Source: Octopus vulgaris (lineage: Eukaryota). From it: a DNA stretch of 64,000 nucleotides. Below are positions 38,491 through 49,871 of the stretch, piece after piece. The position numbers were made by a program, and so were the translations under genes. The DNA lies in the NCBI GenBank assembly GCA_951406725.2, contig OX597842.1:22134001-22198000 (forward strand), in the 5' to 3' direction. The notes beneath the pieces were generated by a model. That model made no database searches, was not told where the DNA came from, and saw nothing but the letters and a program-made list of their open reading frames with translations. Each line of letters opens with the position of its first letter. Positions within the stretch are counted from its first letter, which is position 1.

Positions 38491-40072
38491 GAATAGTTTT
38501 GCCTCCAGCATGTTTCTTGATGTGTTTTGTTAAATCACTGTTAGATACAAACGACAGCCCACACAAGTCACAGTGAAAGGGTTTCTCTCCTGTATGAATG
38601 CGTTTGTGTATTACAAGGTAAGAATTTTCACGAAACGATTTCCCACAAGTCTGACAGTGAAAAGGTTTTTCCCCAGTATGAATCCTCCGATGCGATTTCA
38701 AGTGACCATTAGTAACAAACGATTTGTCACACACCTCGCACTGAAATCGTTTTTCACCTGTATGCGTCCTTCGGTGAACCGAGAGACTAGAGTTATCGCA
38801 GAACGACTTTCCACATATCTCGCAACGATACGGTTTTTCCCCAGTATGAATTCGGTTGTGTTTCGTCAATGTACTTTTTATCATAAAAGATTTCCCGCAT
38901 GTCTCGCACGGATACGGTTTTTCCCCGCTGTGTATCCGGCTGTGCCTCTTTAAATCACAGTTCGTAACAAACGACTTCTCACATATCCCACAATGGAATC
39001 GTTTATCTCCAGAATGAATTCTCTGATGAACTACAAATCCAGAATGATCAGAGAATGATTTACCACATATTTCACATTCGTAAGGCTTTTCCCCCGTATG
39101 TACTCTAATGTGTTTTTTCAAATTACTCTTAGAAACAAAACCCTTCCCACATATTTCACAGCCGTATATTTTCTCCCCAGAGTGTATTCTTCGGTGGCGT
39201 AAAAGATGAGAATAATCACAGAAAGATTTTCCGCAGATTTCGCAACGATACGGTTTTTCCCCCGTGTGGACTCTACCGTGACGCTTCAAATCACTATTAA
39301 AGACAAAAGACTTCTCACACACTTCACAGCGGAATATTTTCTCCCCCGTGTGAATCCTCCGATGAACAACAAGAGTAGAATTATCAGAGAATGATTTCCC
39401 GCACACATCACAATGATACGGTCGTTCCCCAGTATGAGTCCGCTTGTGAGATGTCAAACTGCTGTTACAGACAAAAGACTTTCCGCAGATTTCACAGTGA
39501 AACAGTTTTTCTCCAGAGTGTATTCGTTGGTGAACTACAAGAGTAGATTTATCAGAGAATGACTTCTTACATATGTCACACTCATAAGGTTTTTCTCCCG
39601 TATGAGTTCGTTTATGTGCTGTTAAATTACTATTACAGACAAAACACTTACCACACGTTTCACAGTGAAATAAATTCTTTCCAGTATGAATTCTTTGGTG
39701 ACGAAGGAGGCTAGACTTTTCAAAGAATGATTTACCACAAATTTCACAGTGAAAGGGTTTTTCTCCACCGTGTACCCTCTTGTGCTTTGTTAATTTACTG
39801 TTAGAGACAAAATCTTTCCCACAAATCTCACACTGATAAGAGTTTTCGGTCAATTCCCCATTATGAATTTCTTTATATGTAAACGATTCATCTTCAGAAA
39901 ATATTTTCTGGTAAATTTCACTGCAATATCCAGGAATATTTCTCTCTAACGATGATTGTTCAATAATTGTTTCCCTGCATAAAGGCTTCTCATCGCTCTG
40001 TGTTTGTGTTACTGAATTAACAGAGTTAAAAACAGTCGAGTTAAAAGTGTCCAAGTGATTAACGTCTTCCAT
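38483..40072 (-). CDS. C2H2 zinc-finger protein, 16 fingers, MEDV subfamily
   Basis: Intact 529-aa ORF with tandem C2H2 units and H/C linkers. Confidence 0.93.
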   Translation of the reverse strand: MEDVNHLDTFNSTVFNSVNSVTQTQSDEKPLCRETIIEQSSLERNIPGYCSEIYQKIFSEDESFTYKEIHNGELTENSYQCEICGKDFVSNSKLTKHKRVHGGEKPFHCEICGKSFFEKSSLLRHQRIHTGKNLFHCETCGKCFVCNSNLTAHKRTHTGEKPYECDICKKSFSDKSTLVVHQRIHSGEKLFHCEICGKSFVCNSSLTSHKRTHTGERPYHCDVCGKSFSDNSTLVVHRRIHTGEKIFRCEVCEKSFVFNSDLKRHGRVHTGEKPYRCEICGKSFCDYSHLLRHRRIHSGEKIYGCEICGKGFVSKSNLKKHIRVHTGEKPYECEICGKSFSDHSGFVVHQRIHSGDKRFHCGICEKSFVTNCDLKRHSRIHSGEKPYPCETCGKSFMIKSTLTKHNRIHTGEKPYRCEICGKSFCDNSSLSVHRRTHTGEKRFQCEVCDKSFVTNGHLKSHRRIHTGEKPFHCQTCGKSFRENSYLVIHKRIHTGEKPFHCDLCGLSFVSNSDLTKHIKKHAGGKTIPV

Positions 40073-40721
40073 AATTAATTCTACAGAAATTCTTTAAAAA
40101 TCCCAAGAGAGACGTCTGCAGGTATCGTCTCTTGTCTTGGATATCACGAGGATCTGTTTACATGAGTGGAAAATACGAAATGAAAATATAGTTTCGACTT
40201 ACAGAAATTCTTTAAAAAAGCCTACGAGTTTTACTGGTACTACTTGAGAACAGCCGGTGCGCGCACTCGCGTATCCGCGCTAAGTCGATCCTTACTTTGT
40301 GTTATTTACTTTGTTTAAAAAATTATTTACTTTGTGCTTTTGTGTTTTATTTACTTTGTTTAACAAAAATTATTTACTTTGTGTAAAAATTTATATATTT
40401 TCTGTTTTATTTACTTTGTTTTAAAAAGGTATCGTCTCTTACAGTTTAGTCTCTTGTCTTGGATAATCACGAGGATCTCTTTACATGAGTGGAAAATACG
40501 AAATGAAAGTATAGTTTCGACTTACAGAGGTATCTTTTACTTTTTTCTTTTTTCTTTAGTATTTGTGTGCGACTGGATGCTATCCAAGTGGAGCTCACGC
40601 TGCCGCAGACAGAGGGACGTCGATTTTTCGGTTAAGAAATACAAAAAAGGTTTAAACATGACGTTGTAAGATTTGATGATCAAACTTAAAACTCAACATT
40701 TGTATAACCTTCTCTTGTATG

Positions 40722-41116
40722 TTGGCAGAGACGTTAGCACGCCGGGCGAAATGCTTAGCGGTATTTCGTCTGCCGTTACGTTCTGAGTTCAAATTCCGCC
40801 GAGGTCGACTTTGCCTTTCATCCTTTCGGGGTCAATAAATTAAGTACCAGTTACGCACTGGGGTCGATCTAATAGCCTTAATCCGTTTGTCTGTCCTTTC
40901 TGTGTTTAGCCCTTTGTGGGTAGTAAAGAAATAGGTATTTCGTCTGCCGCTACATTCTGAGTTCAAATTCCGCCGAGGTCGACTTTGCCTTTCATCCTTT
41001 GGGAGTCAATAAATTAAGTACCAGTTACGCACTGGGGTCGATCTAATCGCCTTAATCCGTTTGTCTGTCCATGTTTGTCCTCTCTGTGTTTAGCCCCTTG
41101 TGGGTAGTAAAGAAAT
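40722..41116 (+). repeat. SINE S1 dimer
   Basis: Head plus two bodies with the same junction at ~40933. Confidence 0.8.
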
Positions 41117-41349
41117 ATATATGTTAAAAAGTGAGCAATGTGTTCTGTTGTGGTAATCCAAATAATATTTGCTGTTTCCTTTTCGAAAGTCAACGGAAAA
41201 GGGAAGAAAAATTAGGAAAAACTATTCGTTCATTTGTGACTGATTAAACCCCTTATTTGTCCTGACCCTTTAAAATAGGGGACAACTAATTAAGAATGTA
41301 CTTTCAGGATGAAAGGAAATGATAAACCACGAGCATCGACCCAGAGAAA

Positions 41350-41550
41350 CATACAGTTCACCTTATCTTATCCACAAACATTACTGTTTACTTTAACAGG
41401 ACATAATTACAACACGGAATAATTAAATTACTTCAACTAATTAGAAACTACGTACCCGGTGTCATAGATAATTACCCTTTCGGAATGATACCGGTGTCAT
41501 AAGTTTAAAGTTCCTAACATAATTTAACGTCTGAAACATTCAGAAACCCT
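41350..41550 (-). promoter_or_regulatory. Probable promoter/exon 1 of the MEDV ZNF at 40072
   Basis: Homologous to 59185-59420 (AATTAAATTA..AACTAATTAGAAACTA, repeated CCGGTG, CGTCTGAA); candidate donor AAG|GTGAAC. Confidence 0.5.
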
Positions 41551-41554
41551 TTCA

Positions 41555-41654
41555 TAATAATAATAATAATAATAATAATGAAATTATTGTATACAGTGCT
41601 CAGGTGCATCACAACTTGTCAAAAGTGCGTATAAAGCATATATGAATGCAGATG

Positions 41655-41687
<33 letters not shown>

Positions 41688-42090
41688 ATATATAATGATA
41701 ATAATGAAATTATTGTATACAGTGCTCAGGTGCACCACAACTTGTCAAAAGTGCGTATAAAGCATATGCAGTAATGTACAAATATCTGGGAAGTGAACAG
41801 TGTATGAATCAGATACATGCTTGCATGTGTATGGAGGGGAGAAAGATCAGGTGTAGTGTTGGCGAATCTCAGAAAGCATGGAAATTTTGAAGGATGCAAT
41901 GCTCCGAAAACTAACAACTGATGCCGGCAGTTTGTTCCATACTTCAGCAACTCTCAGCGTGAAAAAATGTTTCCGAAAGTCATGGAAGGAGCTGTGCTTT
42001 TTTCCTGACTTTGTAAATATGTCCTCGGGTGTTAGACGAGTGGAGTTCGAAAAGGTGCTCAGAGTTATTGTTTGTAAGATGGTTGATAAC
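41555..42090 (-). mobile_element. CR1/L2-like LINE 3' end with a duplicated tail
   Basis: Reverse complement of the 121-778 family with (ATT)n tail. Confidence 0.75.
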
Positions 42091-42750
42091 TACTCCTTAA
42101 ATTGTGTTCAACCTGTTATGAATAAAGTAAGAGAAATCTTAAAATGTTAACTTGGTCGTATAGAAATTACAGCAGGAAAATTAATTTAGTATCGAACTAA
42201 GTTAGTAATAACTGCAAAGGAAGACAACACGGTCTTCGCTTTTTTTCTTTTGTAATTAAAAACTAGCGTTATTGATAGAGTTATAAGACGTACTTTCGAC
42301 CCCTTCCAAAATATTTCAAAACATTACCCTGGGTCCTATATGCAACGTTAAACTTCAAACCACTAGCTACTGATAACCCAGATATACCTATTTCTTTACT
42401 ACCCACAAGGGGCTAAACACAGAGAGGACAAACAAGGACAGACAGACGGGTTAAGTCGATTACATCGACCCTAGTGCGTAACTGATACTTATTTAATCGA
42501 CCCCGAAAGGATGAAAAGCAAAGCCGACCTCGGCGGAATAATTAAAACCGATCTCTGACAAGCAACATTTAAAAGGTGTTCAATTCCCAATGTACACTTT
42601 AATTTTGACGCCTAAATCTAGCACGTTGACCGTCCACTTTTAGTGGTCAGTCCTTTAAATTTTGTATGTAAAAATATTTTAATCTTCGGATTTTTTTAAT
42701 ATGCTAGGCCACTGGTTTTAATTGATTAATATCAATTTCTACCCTTATTA

Positions 42751-42807
<57 letters not shown>

Positions 42808-43022
42808 AAGTAAGTTAGGGGTTGTGAATCCAACCCACTAAGGGATAATACTTATCCAATATACTGCTGGTATAATACCCAATTATTAATACACTAGTGT
42901 TTTTAATTGCAATGCAATTAACTTATTGTATTAAATGGGTGAAGGTAAAGAAATATTTTACCATTAATTTATATTACAAATAAGAAAATGGAGAAACACA
43001 TTAGTTGGTTTATCAGCTTTAG

Positions 43023-43235
43023 GATATTAGAATGTTGGTATTTCGTCTGCCGTTATGTTCTGAGTTCAAATTCCGCCGAGGTCGACTTTACCTTTCATCC
43101 TTTCGGGGTCGAAAAATTAAGTACCAGTTACACACTGGGGTCGATATAATCGACTTTATCCGTTTGTCTGTCCTTGTTTGTCCTCTCTGTGTTTAGCCCC
43201 TTGTGGGTAATAAAGAAATAGATATTAGAATGTTG
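43023..43235 (+). mobile_element. Headless SINE S1 monomer with 15-bp TSD
   Basis: GATATTAGAATGTTG at 43023 and 43221; the insert starts at GTATTTCGTCTGCCG. Confidence 0.85.
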
Positions 43236-43419
43236 TCTTATTTATTTATTTAACAAAACGAGAACCATAATAACATACATATATACAATTTAAAATTCAA
43301 TACATATAAGATAAGAATACAAGTAGTTATTAAAAAACATGACCATATAAAAAAAAACATATATATTAGAGATAATATATAGATATCTAGTAGCGTATTT
43401 ACAGATAAATTAATTATAT

Positions 43420-43569
43420 TTCGCCGTTTGTGTTGCCGAGTCGCTTTTTATAGATATCCGTTGTCAACTTTTAGTCCTGGTTAAATCGCACTGCTGTGTG
43501 AAGGACGTTTTGGTGTAATTAAAAATATTTCACCGTAAATCCTGGTTTATACGGCAATAATAGGTAAGA
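43420..43569 (+). promoter_or_regulatory. Probable non-coding exon 1 of the ZNF at 46358
   Basis: CTGGTTTATACGGCAATAATAG|GTAAGA is homologous to CTGGTTTATACAGCAACAACAG|GTAAGG at 61771; candidate acceptor TTATTTCAG at 45604. Confidence 0.5.
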
Positions 43570-46037
43570 TATATAATTTATGATTTTGTAAAATTAAAGT
43601 GTAATTGGGAATTGAACAGCTTTTAAATGTTGCTACTCAGGGATCGATTTTAATATTATCCAGCAAGGTGGGGGAACTGGTTGGATCGTTAGCACGACGG
43701 GCGAAATGCTTAGCGGCATTTCAACCACCTTTATATTCCAAGTTCGAATTTCGCCGAGGTCATCTTTGCCTTTCATTCTTTCGGCTCTTTGTAACATAAT
43801 TTCCACGTAACTAAACACTTTTAAACTTCGTATACTGGTAGAATGTGTTTATAAAACATCTTTTTCTCTTGGCTTTATTGAGAAAATTCTATAGTTTGTA
43901 AGATATTTGTTGGTTTTTTTCTGCAATTTCAACCAATCACTAACGTCCATTGAGGTAAAAAAAAAACATTCTGTACCATATGAATATGTCCCTCATTTAA
44001 GAAACAGATTGGGTTTATTTACATTTGTGAAGAAAAAAAGATACCCTTCCCCCCACCCCTAACCCTAAAACAGATCGATACTAGGGTCTTAATTATGGGT
44101 GAAAATTTCATATGACACCGCTAGAAAAAACTGCCGTTCAAACCGAAAAGATCCTGATACCCTAATATACATATAAACACGTCTATTATGTATTTATTGA
44201 TTCGTATTGCTTTGAATTAATCGCACATTATCTTGTAGCTTCAAGATTTCAAATGGTATCATCATCGTTTAACGTCTGTTTTCCATGCTAGCATGGGTTG
44301 GACGCTTCGATCAGGGTCTGGGAAACCAGGAGGCTGCACCAGGCTCCAGTCTGATCTGGCAGTGTTTCTACAGCTGGATGCCCTTTCTAATGCCAACCAC
44401 TCCATGAGTGTAGTGGATGCTTTTTATGTGCCACCGGCACAAGGGCCAGAGGAGGCTGGCAAACGGCCACAATCGGTTGGTGCTTTTATGTGTCACCGAC
44501 ACGGACACCAGTCAGGAGGCGCTAGCATCTGCTACATTCGGACGGTTTGTTTGTATATTTTTAGAATAACATTGTAGAGGAGGTGTGAGAGGTTGGAGCT
44601 GGTTAGTCTTAACATAGAATAGGAAGAATATTTTGGATAGACATGTCAGTCATCGAATTTGATTTCGATTTCACTTGAGGTAAGTGAAATCGAAATCAAA
44701 TTCGATGACTGGCATCTGTGCTAGTGGAGCACTAAGAGTACCATACGAGTAAGATCATTGCCAGAGCAACAAGCTGGCCTCCGTGCCGATGGCATGTAAA
44801 AAGACACCATTCGAGCGTGATCGTTACCTATGTTGCCTTACTGGCACTTGTGCTGGTGGCATATGATAAAACATTCAAGCGAGGTCGTTGCCAGTGCTGC
44901 TGGACTGGCTCGTGTTCAGGTAGCACATAAAAAACACTATTTGAGCGTGGCCGTTGCCAGTACCACCTGACTGGCCCTCGTGCCGGTGGCACATAAAAGC
45001 ACGCACTACACTCTCGGAGTGGTTGGCGTTAGGAAGGGCATCCAGCTGTAAAAAATCTGCCAGATCAGATTGGAGTCTGGTGCAGCCATCTGGTTCACCA
45101 GTCCTCAGTCAAATCGTCCAACCCATGCTAGCATGGAAAGTGGACATTGAACAATGTTGATGACCAGATTAAATGCTAGAGGGTTGAAAAAAAAACCTTT
45201 GAGCAATGCAGGTAAGATGTTAGAGCAAAGTATGTAAGGTGATGTCAATAAATGAAAACAAAGAGGAAAGATATTGTATTACTTTATATAGGTTGTGTAA
45301 TGATTGTGTAATATTTCAGGAAAGATTTTCCTTCTTAAATGGCAATAAAGAAAATAGGAGAAATGTGTTGTTACTGTCAAGCCATTATAGTGTGTTGTGA
45401 TTTCACTAATGTAAATAAAACTTCCCATGCTTGAAAAACAAGTAAGAGTTAGGATGGGCATATGTATTTATAAGTGCTATAGTTTTTATACTGTATATAT
45501 AAGTGCTATAGTTTTTCTTAATCAAAATGTAGAATTTCCCCTGTTGTACCTCTACTTTCTTACTATCCTCATTATCTTACATTCCTGTATCTCTATTATT
45601 TCAGAATATCAGAAACTGCAAAGAACCATTTACTTCAGATCGTCAACATTCATTATCTTTTCAAAGACTAAGGGAAAATGTTATAAAGAACAGATATAAT
45701 AACTCTTTTTATATAAATCGATGGTGAATTGCTGGTAAATTTTTTTTGCCTTTTTGAACCAAGATAAATACCAATATTTGTCTTTTTCACTTCCTGAAAA
45801 GTTTACAAACTAATTTTGCATTTTAATTTCTGTTTTTCTTTACATGTAATATATACAAAATTGTTTTACATAGAATGGTTGTATTCTGTCAACATAACGT
45901 GACAGTCCCATAAAGGGAATTACACCACCGCTGTTTAGCCCTAGGAAGGATCGACGCTTCCTGTCGGCTTTGACACATTTCCTGTGTCCTTATATTTGTG
46001 AAGGGAAGGCAAGCACCCCCACCAGCCAAGATTCACA

Positions 46038-46083
46038 CCTGAGGACATACATGTTTCTGGGTCTTACCCGTCATCAGCTCAGG
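46038..46083 (-). ncRNA. Type I hammerhead ribozyme
   Basis: - strand: CCTGAG CTGATGA C-GGGT-AAG-ACCC-A GAAA CAT-GT-ATG TC CTCAGG. Stem I 6 bp, extendable by TTCAC/GTGAA; intact core; GUC cleavage triplet; C.A mismatch at the base of stem II. Confidence 0.8.
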
Positions 46084-46357
46084 ATAGTGAAACCTTCTAG
46101 TTGAAATGCCTGTCTAGTCTTCGCAAAACATATATATTTACAGTGAAATCTATTCACTGATCACCGTAAATAGAAATATTGAATTTCTAAATATCTCAAA
46201 GAGACATGGAATGATTTACGGAGGAGTTTGCAGCATCTTCAGATATCACCAAAGCTCACAGTTGATGGAAATGAAGCAGTAGTAATACTTGCTAGGAATA
46301 TAATACAAAAACACACTGAAGAAAATTTCTGTATATTCTGATAAGAAAAGGAAAACT

Positions 46358-47797
46358 ATGGAAAATGATTTAAGTGAAAGCAAGGTTAAATGTGAGGCAG
46401 AAACAAAAAGGACGGACTTTCCTGATGATGTAAAGATTGAGAAAGGTAAAAAATCACATCATTGTGATATTTGTGGTAAATCATTCTCTCTGAAGAACAA
46501 ACTGACTAAACATAAATCTGTTCATACAGGAGAGAAGCCATATCGCTGTGATATCTGTGGGAAAATGTTCCCTCGAAATAGCAGCTTATATACGCATAAA
46601 TTTATTCATACAGGAGAGAAGCCACATCACTGTGAAATCTGTGGTAAATCATTTGCTCAAAATGGTGCCTTAACTAAACACAAACGTATTCATACAGGAG
46701 AAAAACCATATCACTGTGATGTCTGTGGTCAATCATTTATTCAAAGTGATCACTTAACTAGCCACATACGCATTCATACAGGGGAAAAGCCATATGTCTG
46801 TGACGTCTGTGATAAATCATTTTCTGTGAATAGTTCCTTAACCAAACATAAACGTATTCATTCAGTGGAAAAACCATATCACTGTGATATCTGCGATAAA
46901 TCATTCTCTGCTGAAAGCCGCTTCACTAAACACATGCATATTCATACAGGAGAGAAACAACATCACTGTGATACCTGTGGTAAATCATTCACTCAAAGTA
47001 GTGACTTAAATAGACACAAGTATATTCATGCAGGTGAGAAACCATATAATTGTGAGATCTGTGGTAAATCCTTCTGTCAAAAAGGTAACTTAATTAAACA
47101 CAAATATATCCATACAGGAGAGAAACCATATCACTGTGATATCTGTGGTAAATCGTTTTCTGAAAGTAGTGGTTTAACTGTACACAAACGCACTCATACA
47201 GGTGAGAAACCATATCATTGTAACACCTGTGGCAAATCATTCTCTGATGCGACAGTCTTGATTAGACACAGGCGCATTCATACAGGACAGAAGCTATATC
47301 ACTGTGATACCTGTGCTAAATCATTCTCTCAGAAAGCTAACTTAATTACTCACCAACGTATTCATACTGAAGAGAAACCATATTGCTGTGATATCTGTGA
47401 TAAATCATTCACTCGAAATGACCAGTTGACCAACCATGTTCGCATTCACACAGGTGAGAAGCCATATCAGTGTGACGTCTGCAGTAAGTCTTTCTCTAAA
47501 AAAGGTACCTTAACGTCTCACAAACATATTCATACAGGGGAAAAACGTTACCTGTGTGATGTGTGTGGTAAATCATTCACTGACACTGGCTACTTAACGC
47601 AGCATAAGCGTATCCATGCAGTTGAGAAAAAATATCACTGTGATATTTGTGGTAAATCATTCTCTCAGAGTAGTAACTTAACTAGACATAAACATATTCA
47701 TACAGGAGAAAAGCCATATTACTGTGAAATCTGTGGTAAATCATTCTCTGAAAATGGTGACTTAACTAGACACAAACTTATTCATACAGGAGAGTAA
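46358..47797 (+). CDS. C2H2 zinc-finger protein, 16 fingers, MENDL subfamily
   Basis: Intact 479-aa ORF; the stop falls in the linker (TGE*PYHC). Confidence 0.93.
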   Translation: MENDLSESKVKCEAETKRTDFPDDVKIEKGKKSHHCDICGKSFSLKNKLTKHKSVHTGEKPYRCDICGKMFPRNSSLYTHKFIHTGEKPHHCEICGKSFAQNGALTKHKRIHTGEKPYHCDVCGQSFIQSDHLTSHIRIHTGEKPYVCDVCDKSFSVNSSLTKHKRIHSVEKPYHCDICDKSFSAESRFTKHMHIHTGEKQHHCDTCGKSFTQSSDLNRHKYIHAGEKPYNCEICGKSFCQKGNLIKHKYIHTGEKPYHCDICGKSFSESSGLTVHKRTHTGEKPYHCNTCGKSFSDATVLIRHRRIHTGQKLYHCDTCAKSFSQKANLITHQRIHTEEKPYCCDICDKSFTRNDQLTNHVRIHTGEKPYQCDVCSKSFSKKGTLTSHKHIHTGEKRYLCDVCGKSFTDTGYLTQHKRIHAVEKKYHCDICGKSFSQSSNLTRHKHIHTGEKPYYCEICGKSFSENGDLTRHKLIHTGE

Positions 47798-47829
47798 CCA
47801 TATCACTGCGATGTCTGGTAAACCATTCA

Positions 47830-48338
47830 GCAATGTGCAACCAAGAGAATACCCTCTATCAGGCATTTGCCATATTCTGAACACCTTACTTCCCTGGGCA
47901 TGGATACATTGAAATTCTGACGTCTGCCAGCTAACTTGGCAGACACCCATAAAATTATTAACTATCTTACAAACAATAACTCTGAGCACCTTTTCAAACT
48001 CCACCCATGGACTTGTTTACAAAGTCAGAAAACAGCACATCTCCCATGACTTTCGGAAACATTTTTTCATGCTAAGAGTTGCTGAAGCATAGAACAAACT
48101 GCCAGCATCAGTTGTTAGTTGTCGGAGCACTGCATCCTTCAAAACTTCCATGCTTCCTGAGATTCGCCAACACTACACCTGATTTTCTCCCCTCCATACA
48201 CACACAAGCATGTATCTGACTCATACACTGTTCGCTTTCCAGACATTTGTACATTACTGCATATACTTTATACGCACTTTCTGACAAATTGTGGTACACC
48301 TGAGCACTGTATACAGTAATTTCATTATTATTATTATT
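47830..48338 (+). mobile_element. CR1/L2-like LINE 3' fragment inserted in a dead zinc finger
   Basis: Same family as 121-778 with (ATT)n tail; finger-like sequence on both sides. Confidence 0.8.
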
Positions 48339-48691
48339 CTTTGATGGTAGACATTTAACTGAACACAAGCACAGTCATACAGGAGAGAAACAATATTGCG
48401 GCACCTGTGGTGAATCTTTATTTCATGAACATGTTTTAACTACTCACAAATACTCCCGCAAGGCAGAAATCTTATCACTGTCACATCTGTGGTCAATTCT
48501 TCACTGAAACTGGATACTTAACTAAACACAAAACATAGATGTAAATATCAATAAGAATTTGGCTTCCCAACTGCATGGTTCCAAGTTCAGTCCTATTACA
48601 TATCACCTTGGGCAGATGACTTCTACTATAGCTGAGGCTGACCAAAGCCTTGTGAATGGATTTAGTAGACAGCAACTGAAATTAGCCTCTC

Positions 48692-48731
<40 letters not shown>

Positions 48732-48939
48732 GCCATGATAGATCGGTAGCCACTACACACATTTTTTTTATTTCCTTGTTTCTTTTTGTGTTCCTTTCTG
48801 TGGAAGAGCGTAGGCTCGAAACGTTAAAGACTTTTTCAATTCCCGAGCGTTATACTAATACATCTGTTTGTTTTCTACACCACCTGTCTTCGTCTTTTGT
48901 TTTTTTTGTGAATTCTCCCTATATATATATAGGGAAATA

Positions 48940-49680
48940 TATATAATATTTCCATTCTACAAATTACACAGCCCAAGTGAAATCGAGAGGAAAATCAGAG
49001 AAAAGAATTTTATTGATAAATTCGAACCCAAGCTAAATAAGCAATAATAATAATACTTAGAGGTACTACTTCTACTGCTACGACCGTGACCACTAACAAC
49101 AACAACAATACTAAAGGTGATCAAGATGAAGATAGCAGGAAAATTATCTTATTTAGGGTTAAATGTTCTATTGCCACCACCATCACCACTAGCAACAATA
49201 ATTAAGGTGCTGACAATGATGATAACAATTGAAATATAGAAATCCCTGACAAATGCTATTTACAACATTTCTAAAAATAGCCCAACAATTGCTGCCTCGG
49301 CCAGGGTTAAGATACAGGACTCTTGACATGTTTAACAAAGCGTGACGCGTAAACCAATCAGCTTAAGTAATTGAGTGATACTACACACTGATTGGTCAGA
49401 ATACAGTTTGCAAAACCTAGCAATCTGGAGCCTACCCAGCTGTATTTAAGGCACAGATTTAATCATCTCGCTACAGTCAAAAATTGTGAAGCATAACTGT
49501 CACCACTACTACATGAACCTGAAGATTGCTGAATTTAATGCATGAAAGTACTAGTTCAATCAGAATGAACATTTAACATTCTATTATTTTATTATATTAT
49601 ATTATATTATATCATTATAAGATTGTAAATAAAACATGAAAATCAGACAATGTTGGAATCCCTTTTATTAATATATTCTT
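48940..49680 (+). mobile_element. Penelope-like element 3' end (probable GIY-YIG C-terminus and pseudo-LTR with minimal hammerhead)
   Basis: IFPFYKL...REKNFIDKFEPKLNKQ* resembles a Penelope endonuclease end; hammerhead at 49514-49558; AATAAA near 49628. Confidence 0.65.
49514..49558 (+). ncRNA. Minimal type I hammerhead ribozyme (Penelope type)
   Basis: TGAAC CTGAAGA T-TGC-loop-GCA-T GAAA GTAC TA GTTCA: 5-bp stem I and palindromic stem III (AGTACT). Confidence 0.65.
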
Positions 49681-49871
49681 CTATACATAATCACACACAC
49701 CCGTATATATATATTACAAATGTTGCTTTTCATGTTTTTCTTAATAAATCTGTTTACATTCTGAATATTGATATTTCAAAATACTTATCAAATTTGTTAA
49801 TGCATGGCTGCACTTCATTGACTTAAATAGATGAAAGATGAAATAGTTTTCTATGTTTTCATTAGTATTAG

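Noticed and set aside
47795-47830. A-to-I read-through of the TAA stop restoring further fingers
   Set aside because: The next finger is frameshifted and split by a LINE, so read-through would not restore the array.
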